Assembly: GCA_039028615.1 (NCBI GenBank) | Contig: JBCCHT010000023.1 | Span: 64,001-128,000 of the forward strand | DNA length: 64,000 nucleotides | Direction of reading: 5' to 3' | From: Myxococcota bacterium | Lineage (GTDB): Bacteria > Myxococcota_A > Polyangia > Nannocystales > Nannocystaceae | Shown here: in pieces, positions 57,107-64,000 of the stretch | Numbering within the stretch: the first letter of the stretch is position 1 | Layout of the letters: every line of letters begins with the position of its first letter | Translations under genes and position numbers: made by a program | The notes under the pieces: model-generated | What the model saw: the letters and a program-made list of their open reading frames with translations, nothing else | Told to the model about the DNA's origin: nothing | The model's database searches: none

Positions 57107-58783
57107 ATGGCTTTTCGACTCCCCTGGACCCTCCCCCTCGCGGCGTGTGCCGCGGCCCTTGCCCACCTCGCGCAGCCCTCGGTCGCGCACGCCTGCGGCG
57201 GTACCTTCTGCGACGCGGGTCCACAAGCGATGCCCGTCGATCAGACGGGCGAGAACATCCTGTTCGTGGTCGGGCCGGAGTCGGTCGAAGCCCACGTCCA
57301 GATCCAGTACCAGGGCAATCCCGAGCAGTTCGCGTGGGTCGTGCCCGTGATGGCGGTGCCCGAGGTCGAGATCGGCTCCGACCCGCTGTTCGACAACCTG
57401 CTCACCGCCACCGTGCCCACGTTCATCTTGGACACCCAGCGGGAGGACAACTGCAACGACAACTCGGGCGGTGGGTTCGGCTGTGCGGCGGTCGCAGATC
57501 TGGCCTTGTCCTCCGACAGCGAAGGCATCGGGGAAGACCATGACAACTCGCCGACGGTCCTCGTGCAAGACACGGTGGGCGCGTTCGAATACGCGGTGCT
57601 CGAAGGCGGCACGGTCGAGGGCGTGACGCAGTGGCTCGACGAAAACGGCTACGCGCAGGACGACGAGGCGCCCGCCATCCTCGGCGAGTACCTCGACGAG
57701 GGCTTCTCGTTCGTCGCGTTCAAGCTGGTGGCGGGCGCGGGCGTCGACGAGATCCACCCCGTCATCCTGCGAACGCCCGGCGGTGAGCCCTGCGTGCCGC
57801 TGCGGCTCACTCGCATCGCGGCCAAGGAAGACATGGGCATCCGTACCTTCTTCCTGGGTGACGGCCGGGTCGTGCCCACCAACTACAGCCATGTCGAGAT
57901 CAACCCGCTCCACATCGACTGGCTCATCCCCGGCTCCAACTACGAAGAGGTGGTCACGCGCGCCGTCGATGAGCCCGGTGCCAGTGGCCGGGCGTTCGTG
58001 ACCGAGTACGCCGGGACATCGCAGACCGTCTCGCCCGACGGGATCCACTCCGAGCGGTGGAACTCGGCCCCCTTTTCGGAGATCGGGCCGAACCAGCTGA
58101 GCCGGGTGCTTCAAGACCAAGGCTTTTTGGACTGCACCTTCGAGTGCGGCTTCACCCACCCGCTGATCCAAGGGTTGCTCGAGACCTACCTGCCCGTGCC
58201 GCCCAACGTGGACCCGGTGGAGTTTTATATGTGCACCGAGTGCTTCAGCGACTTCATCGACGAGGAGCGCTGGGAGCCCAGCGAGTTCGCGGCGGCGCTC
58301 GAGGAGCGAGTGATCGGTCCGGCCGAGCACGCCCTCGACTTGCTCGAGCTGCCCTACCTGACGCGGATGTACACCACGATGTCGCCGCACGAGATGACCG
58401 TCGATCCGCTCTTCCATACCCGCGCCGACTTGCCCGAGGTCTCCAACCAGTTCTCGGCCACGCGCATCATCGACTGCGAGGGGCCCGACTCCATCATCCT
58501 CGAGGACGGGCGAGAGATCGTGTTCGATGAGCTCGACCGCCAGCCGGACTTCGAGGACATGCCTTACTCGGCGGTCATCGAGCGGATCCCCGAGCAGGGC
58601 GCCCCCATCCTCACCGTGGACTCCCGCGACGCCATCAACGACGCGCTCGAGGACTGGAACGACGACCACCGCGTGGCCGACGGCTGCAACTGCCGCGTCA
58701 CTCGCCACACCTTCGAGGGCGGCAGCACGATGATGCTGATGGTGTTGCTCGGGCTCCGCGCCCGCCGACGCCGACGCGACTGA
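57107..58783 (+). CDS. DUF2330-like exported protein with MYXO-CTERM-like tail
   Basis: AHA-CGGTFC, FAWVVPV, WLDENGY, FVAFKL, PLRLT, FVTEYAG; GCNC..hydrophobic helix..RRRRR. Confidence 0.82.
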   Translation: MAFRLPWTLPLAACAAALAHLAQPSVAHACGGTFCDAGPQAMPVDQTGENILFVVGPESVEAHVQIQYQGNPEQFAWVVPVMAVPEVEIGSDPLFDNLLTATVPTFILDTQREDNCNDNSGGGFGCAAVADLALSSDSEGIGEDHDNSPTVLVQDTVGAFEYAVLEGGTVEGVTQWLDENGYAQDDEAPAILGEYLDEGFSFVAFKLVAGAGVDEIHPVILRTPGGEPCVPLRLTRIAAKEDMGIRTFFLGDGRVVPTNYSHVEINPLHIDWLIPGSNYEEVVTRAVDEPGASGRAFVTEYAGTSQTVSPDGIHSERWNSAPFSEIGPNQLSRVLQDQGFLDCTFECGFTHPLIQGLLETYLPVPPNVDPVEFYMCTECFSDFIDEERWEPSEFAAALEERVIGPAEHALDLLELPYLTRMYTTMSPHEMTVDPLFHTRADLPEVSNQFSATRIIDCEGPDSIILEDGREIVFDELDRQPDFEDMPYSAVIERIPEQGAPILTVDSRDAINDALEDWNDDHRVADGCNCRVTRHTFEGGSTMMLMVLLGLRARRRRRD

Positions 58784-58814
58784 TCGGCGTTTCCGGGAAA
58801 AATGACCTCCACCG

Positions 58815-58844
58815 CGGGCGAGTCAGAATTTTCTGACTCGCCCG
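58815..58844. terminator. Perfect 14-bp inverted repeat (terminator or operator)
   Basis: CGGGCGAGTCAGAA-TT-TTCTGACTCGCCCG; no U-tract. Confidence 0.5.
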
Positions 58845-58909
58845 TCGCGCATGGGCCCGTCACCGCTCGCCTTTGTCGTTGGCCCGAGCCTCGCAAACGA
58901 ACGGGGTGA

Positions 58910-61900
58910 ATGCTGAAGGGCCTCGTTCACGCCGCGTTCGGTGCGTGGTTGTTCATGGCGGGGGCCAGTGTCGCCGACGCGCGGACGACGACGGCCCCGA
59001 CCAACGAAGAGATCGAGGACGCGGTCGAGCACGCCGCGCTCGCGCTGGGAAACTACGAGAACAACGACTGGGAGGCAGCGGCCGAGCACGGTCAGGCCGC
59101 CCTCGAGGTGCTCGGCCCCCGCTTCGGATGGGACGAGCCGAAGGTGGTCCAGCCCGTACTCGCGCTGACCATCGACTCGCTGATGAAGCTGGGGCGCAAC
59201 GCCGAAGCGGATGTCTTGATCGCCAAGCTCAAAGCGACCCAAGCCGCGAAGCCGAAGCCCACGCCCGAGCCGTCGTCCGCTCCTGCCCCCGAACCCGAGC
59301 CCAAGGAGAGCGCGCTGGACCAGGCCAACCGACTCGCGACCGAGGCCTTCCTCGCGTTCGTGCAGGGTCGCAACGACGAGGCGCGGGACAAGGGCCAGCG
59401 AGCGGTGACCGAGCTGGAGTCGCTCGACCCCGATGCGAAGTCGTTGCCGCAGATGCGAAGCCTGCTGGCGATCCTGTACGAGCGGCGCCTCGAGTACGGG
59501 AAAGCGGAAGCCCTGCTCGAGGCCAACCTCGCCAAGGCGCACGCCTCGGGGGACACGGTCGCGCAGGCACGGTGGACCGACGCCCTGGCTCGCACCGCGC
59601 TGAAGCAGGGCAAGGCCGACGAGGCCGAAGATGGCTTCGGGCGCGCGCTCGAGCTCGGACGAGAGGCGGACGATCTCGCGTCGCAGGCCGACGCGGTGGG
59701 AGGCCTGGGCGACGTGGCCTCGTTCCGGGAGCAGAGCACCCAGGCGATCGCCGAATACCGCCGCGCGCTGGCGATGCACGAGCGACGCCGGGACTTCGGC
59801 GCCTCGCATCTCGTCTCCCCGCTGCACGACCTGGGTGTCGCGCTGGAGCTGGCCGGTCAGTTCGAGGAGTCGGAGGCCGTCCTGACCCGGGCGCAGGCCA
59901 TCGCGACGCGGAGCTTCGGCGCCGACACGCCCGCGACCTGGAGCACCGCGATGTCGCTCGGGCGCCTGTATCGCTCCAAGGGGGATCACGATCGCGCGGT
60001 GAAGCTGTTCGAGGACACGCTGACCGCCCAGGAGGCCAAGCTTCCTCCCACGTCGCCCGGCATCGCCGCGTCGCTCAATCACCTCGCCGAGACCATGTGG
60101 GCCCGAGGCGATGCCCCGCCGCGGATCGTGGGGCTGGCCACGCGAGCGGCCGAGATTCACGAGCGCGAGATGACGACGGTGCTGCGCTCGGGCACCGAGG
60201 GCCAGAAGCGAGCCTACCTGGAGCGCTACCAGTCGGGCACGGACCGGATCATCTCGTATGCGGTCCGCGACGCGAGCACCGACCCGGGCGCGGTGCGGCT
60301 GGGGGCGACGACGGTGATCCGCCGCAAGGGTCGGCTGCTCGACGCGGTGAGCGATCAGTTCGCGCTGCTGCGTTCGCGGGCGGACGACGACACCCGGGCC
60401 AAGCTCGATCGCCTCGCCGAGGTGCAAGCCCAGATCTCCGCGCTGGCGCTGCGCGGCCCCGACGAGAACCTCGATGCCGCGGCCCATACCGAGCTATCGA
60501 ATCAGCTCCGCGCCGAGCTCGAGCAGCTCGATGACGCGCTCGCCGATGTCGTGCCGCCGGATGAGCGCTCTACGGTGCAGCTGGAGGACGTCGCCCGGCG
60601 GCTCGGCTCCGACGAGGCCCTGGTGGAGTTCGTGCTCTACCGGCCCTTCGACGTGCAGTACAAGAGCATGCTCACCGCCTTCGGCACGGAGCACTATGCC
60701 GCCTTCGTGGTGCATGGCGACGGGAGCACGGCCGTCGTCGACCTCGGTGAAGCGGCGCGCATCGACGAAGCGGTCGTGGCCTACCGCCGAGCGCTGGCCG
60801 ACCCCCGCACCGAGCCCGAGCGCATCGGTCGACAGCTCCACGGTTGGTTGATGGCCAAGATCGAGCCCGCGCTGGGGGGTAAGACGACGGTCTACGTCTC
60901 CCCCGACGGCATGCTCAACCTGCTGCCCTTGGCCGCGCTGGTCGACGCCGATCGCCGCTACCTCGTCGAGCGCTATCAGTTCACCTACCTCAGCAGCGGG
61001 CGGGACCTGCTGCGCCTGGCTCGCTCGGAACTCCCCCGCGAAGGGCCCCTGCTGGTCGGCTCCCCCGAATTTTCCCACGCGGGCGGCACGACGAGCACGG
61101 GCACTCGATCCGTCGGGCTCGCCGATCTGATCTTCCCGCCCTTGCCCGGTACCGCGGCCGAGCTCGACGCGCTGGCCAAGGTCCTGCCCAACGCTTCTGT
61201 ACGGCGCGAAGACGAAGCCACGGAGTCGGCGATCAAGCAGGCGCAGGGGCCCCTGGTCCTACACATCGCCACGCATGGGTTCTTCCTCGCCGACGAGCGG
61301 GCGGGCACCGAGGGCACGCGCGGGGTCACCTACGTCAAGGGTGACTTCGTACCGCCCTCGAAGGCCGAAAACCCGCTGATCCGCTCCGGCCTCGCGCTCG
61401 CGGGCGCCAACCTCCGCACCGGTCCCGATGGCCAAGACGGCATCCTCACCGCGCTCGAGCTGGCGTCGACCGACCTGCACGGGACCGAGCTGGTGGTGCT
61501 CTCCGCCTGCGAGACCGGGGTGGGCGAGGTTCGCAACGGCGACGGCGTCTACGGCCTGCGACGCGCCTTGGTGATCGCGGGCAGCCGCAGCCAGATCATG
61601 TCCCTGTGGCAGGTCGACGACGAGGCCACGCGCGATCTGATGACCAAGTTCTACCGCCGCCTCGATCGCGGCAAGGGCCGCTCGGAGGCGCTGCGGTCCG
61701 TCCAGCGCAAGATGCTGCGCAACAAAGCCACCGCGCATCCCTTCTACTGGGCCGCGTTCATCCCCAGCGGTGACCCGGGCTCGATGAAGCTGAAGGCCCC
61801 CAAGCCCCAGCCCCCGCGGCCGGGCAAGGTCGGCGGCTCGGGGGAGCTTCGCGACTACTGGAGCGACCGCTTCGACGAGCCGATGATGCTCTTCGGGGGC

Positions 61901-62428
61901 AGCTACATCGGTGTCGTCGGCACCCCGCGCCTGGCCGACGACCCCGCCGATCACATCCGCGGCTGGGACTTTCGGATCCGCGGCTTCACCCGCCCCCACG
62001 TGCAGTTCGGCTTCGACTTCAACCGCCAGGTGTGGCGGGCCCCCTCCAGCCCCCGGCAGACGAACCTCAACGTCAACCGCATGGAGTTCGTGTTCGGCGT
62101 CGACGTGCTGCCCCTGCCCTACGACTGGCGGGTGCGACCGGCGTTGGTGCCCTACGCGGGCCTCGGCCTGGCGTGGGGCAAGGTCCGCGACACCGCCCCC
62201 GACTCCTTCTCCCGCAGCGACGACCTCGTGGGCGGAGCCGGGGCGACCTTCGGCAGCGACTTGATCCTCTTCATCCGCCTCGGCGACCGCTTCCTGGTCG
62301 GCCTGCGCGGAGGCATCAGCAAGCCACTGTACCGACTCCGTGCGGGCGGCGAGCGCTTGGACTTCGACGACGAATTTCCCCGAGCCCTGCGCTGGCAGGT
62401 GGGGCTCGACTTTGGAGCAACCCCATGA
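58910..62428 (+). CDS. Exported TPR-CHAT (caspase-like) protease with C-terminal predicted outer-membrane beta-barrel
   Basis: Signal peptide (..VADA); TPRs; SPDGMLNLLP, HIATHGFF, VLSACETG, SLWQVDD, HPFYWAAF; Pro linker; eight amphipathic strands ending WQVGLDF. Confidence 0.88.
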   Translation: MLKGLVHAAFGAWLFMAGASVADARTTTAPTNEEIEDAVEHAALALGNYENNDWEAAAEHGQAALEVLGPRFGWDEPKVVQPVLALTIDSLMKLGRNAEADVLIAKLKATQAAKPKPTPEPSSAPAPEPEPKESALDQANRLATEAFLAFVQGRNDEARDKGQRAVTELESLDPDAKSLPQMRSLLAILYERRLEYGKAEALLEANLAKAHASGDTVAQARWTDALARTALKQGKADEAEDGFGRALELGREADDLASQADAVGGLGDVASFREQSTQAIAEYRRALAMHERRRDFGASHLVSPLHDLGVALELAGQFEESEAVLTRAQAIATRSFGADTPATWSTAMSLGRLYRSKGDHDRAVKLFEDTLTAQEAKLPPTSPGIAASLNHLAETMWARGDAPPRIVGLATRAAEIHEREMTTVLRSGTEGQKRAYLERYQSGTDRIISYAVRDASTDPGAVRLGATTVIRRKGRLLDAVSDQFALLRSRADDDTRAKLDRLAEVQAQISALALRGPDENLDAAAHTELSNQLRAELEQLDDALADVVPPDERSTVQLEDVARRLGSDEALVEFVLYRPFDVQYKSMLTAFGTEHYAAFVVHGDGSTAVVDLGEAARIDEAVVAYRRALADPRTEPERIGRQLHGWLMAKIEPALGGKTTVYVSPDGMLNLLPLAALVDADRRYLVERYQFTYLSSGRDLLRLARSELPREGPLLVGSPEFSHAGGTTSTGTRSVGLADLIFPPLPGTAAELDALAKVLPNASVRREDEATESAIKQAQGPLVLHIATHGFFLADERAGTEGTRGVTYVKGDFVPPSKAENPLIRSGLALAGANLRTGPDGQDGILTALELASTDLHGTELVVLSACETGVGEVRNGDGVYGLRRALVIAGSRSQIMSLWQVDDEATRDLMTKFYRRLDRGKGRSEALRSVQRKMLRNKATAHPFYWAAFIPSGDPGSMKLKAPKPQPPRPGKVGGSGELRDYWSDRFDEPMMLFGGSYIGVVGTPRLADDPADHIRGWDFRIRGFTRPHVQFGFDFNRQVWRAPSSPRQTNLNVNRMEFVFGVDVLPLPYDWRVRPALVPYAGLGLAWGKVRDTAPDSFSRSDDLVGGAGATFGSDLILFIRLGDRFLVGLRGGISKPLYRLRAGGERLDFDDEFPRALRWQVGLDFGATP

Positions 62429-63447
62429 CGCGACTTCTCTGCATCGCATGCGCGGCCCTGCTGCTGACCGCGTGCAAGACCACCGACGAGCCCCACGCGC
62501 CCAGCAACGACGTGACCTGCCCCGATGGCACGCTCCGCCCCCAGATCGACTGCCGCCAGGACGTCGGGCTCAAGGGCAAGGTCGTCGACGCCAACGCTTC
62601 GCTGGGCAATATCGGCCTCGGCTTGGGTGCATCGTACGAAGAGGGCGCGGTCGGAGAGGTGACCGACTCGACCTATCAGCTCGCGCTCCAGCTCGAGTCG
62701 CTGTGCAAGGACTACAACGCCTGCGTGATGGATCCGTCCGGGTATCAGGCGGCGTCGTCGGAGATCCGCCGCCAGCTCTCCGATCACGTGCGCTTGGTGG
62801 GTCGACTCGAGGGCACGGGGAGCTCGGCCGAGACCGGTGACGCGGTCTGGGCCAACGCACGGCCCGACCTCGCGTCGCAGCGAATCGCAGTGGACTACCG
62901 CATCGAAGCCGCCAAGGGCGGCACCTCGCAGACGATCATCCACCGCAGCGGCGATCGCCTCACCGCGGGGGACGGCTTCCGCGTGGTGCTGCGACCTTCA
63001 ACCACCGCCCACGTCTATGTGCTGCTGCTGTCGAGCCAAGGCGATGCGACCGTGCTCTATCCCGATCCCACCATGGGCATGCCCAACCCGATGAACGCGG
63101 GCACGGAGGTCGCCATCCCGCCCGACGGTTGGTTCGTGCTCGATGCGGCGCCCGGCACCGAGACGGTGCAGGTGCTGGTCTCCAAGACCCCGCTCACCGA
63201 CCTCGAGACGCGGCTGGCCGAGCTTCGCAGCGGCAAGAAGCAGGAGCCCAAGGGCGTGCTCGAGCGAGTGGGCACGCTGCTGTGTCCGCCCAAGGGCAAG
63301 CGAGGGGTGAAGTACACGAAGACGTCTGCGAGCTGCGATGGTCAGACGCACCGAGGGGTCGTCTACAAGAAGACCAAGCAGCCGCGGATCGCCGCCGTGC
63401 CCGGAGACGACCTGGTGGTGCTCCAGCATGTCGTCGAGCACGGCTAG
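62425..63447 (+). CDS. Lipoprotein with C-terminal DUF4384-like domain
   Basis: LTAC lipobox; GDGFRV..HVYVL..G..TVLYP..IP..F.LD..PGTETV; ATGA coupling to the CHAT gene. Confidence 0.8.
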   Translation: MTRLLCIACAALLLTACKTTDEPHAPSNDVTCPDGTLRPQIDCRQDVGLKGKVVDANASLGNIGLGLGASYEEGAVGEVTDSTYQLALQLESLCKDYNACVMDPSGYQAASSEIRRQLSDHVRLVGRLEGTGSSAETGDAVWANARPDLASQRIAVDYRIEAAKGGTSQTIIHRSGDRLTAGDGFRVVLRPSTTAHVYVLLLSSQGDATVLYPDPTMGMPNPMNAGTEVAIPPDGWFVLDAAPGTETVQVLVSKTPLTDLETRLAELRSGKKQEPKGVLERVGTLLCPPKGKRGVKYTKTSASCDGQTHRGVVYKKTKQPRIAAVPGDDLVVLQHVVEHG

Positions 63448-63947
63448 CCTGGCCAGATGTAGCCGCCGTCCGAGCTGCTGTACCCGTCGTTCCGCCACGG
63501 GTTGTCCCCCGCGCGATACGACGCGGCCATCCAGATGACGCCGAGTACGGGCAGCAGCCACACCGCGGCGAGTTGCTTGCCGCGATCGGTGGCGTCGAGG
63601 CATCGCTCGCGGAGGATCCGGGCGGTCACCACCACGTTGCCGAGCACGTGCACCACCAAGGTCAGCCCGCCGAAGACGGACGGGAACTGCTCGGGGGTCC
63701 ACTGCAGCACCCACAGACCGGCGGCGAAACAGGCGAGGCCGATGCCCCAGCGGGTGCGGCCGGCCTCCCCCGGCATGCACAGACGAACGCCACCGAGGGC
63801 AATGGCGAGGACGGCCGCGGCCCACAGCACCACGCTCACCGCCTGTCCTGCTTCGGTCTCGAGCCCCCACTGCAAGCCCGCGCCGAGACTGAACACCAGG
63901 ACACTGACCAAACCCAGTGCCACGCTGGCCAGCCCGAATGCACGCAT
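63444..63947 (-). CDS. Hypothetical membrane protein
   Basis: About five hydrophobic helices; VWLLPVLG; ATG 63947 (TTG 63977 is an alternative). Confidence 0.6.
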   Translation of the reverse strand: MRAFGLASVALGLVSVLVFSLGAGLQWGLETEAGQAVSVVLWAAAVLAIALGGVRLCMPGEAGRTRWGIGLACFAAGLWVLQWTPEQFPSVFGGLTLVVHVLGNVVVTARILRERCLDATDRGKQLAAVWLLPVLGVIWMAASYRAGDNPWRNDGYSSSDGGYIWPG

Positions 63948-64000
63948 GAGGTCGCGGTAGTAGTTTCGCCGGTTCAACTCGTTGGGCTACCCGGCGTACG

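Noticed and set aside
1..64000. rRNA, tRNA, IS/transposase, integrase or prophage genes
   Set aside because: None recognisable by eye. Small RNAs in the intergenic gaps (4437-4833, 8473-8882, 24092-24438) cannot be excluded without a covariance search.

Overview
High-GC, gene-dense window that looks myxobacterial (Nannocystaceae-like). This is inferred from gene content: MYXO-CTERM-like tails, Cys-rich and VWA lipoproteins, and expanded Ser/Thr kinase-TPR and ECF sigma families. About 50 CDS are supportable. The only core metabolic genes are purK, purE and tag. Signalling genes dominate: six ECF sigma factors, five intact kinase-TM-TPR proteins, one frameshifted kinase remnant and a V4R histidine kinase/receiver pair. 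Conflict modules are a SIR2-NACHT-LRR NLR-like protein, an FRG-domain gene, and an orphan DUF2169/thiolase-like/PAAR-like(DUF4150) toxin/SUKH immunity cassette whose toxin has an atypical deaminase-like tip. The most striking candidate for an undescribed system is at 58910-63447. It is an exported TPR-CHAT (caspase-like) protease fused to a predicted 8-stranded outer-membrane beta-barrel, translationally coupled to a DUF4384-like lipoprotein. The motif R-G-V-x-Y-x-K occurs once in a loop of the protease and twice in the lipoprotein, which suggests a periplasmic protease/substrate pair. Other notable items are a lipoprotein consisting almost entirely of an intact-looking Hint domain, two tandem genes (diflavin reductase and exported CbiX-like protein) each with a Fur-like box, and many apparently leaderless genes. 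I saw no rRNA, tRNA, CRISPR array or transposase. All family assignments come from motif recognition by eye, not database searches.
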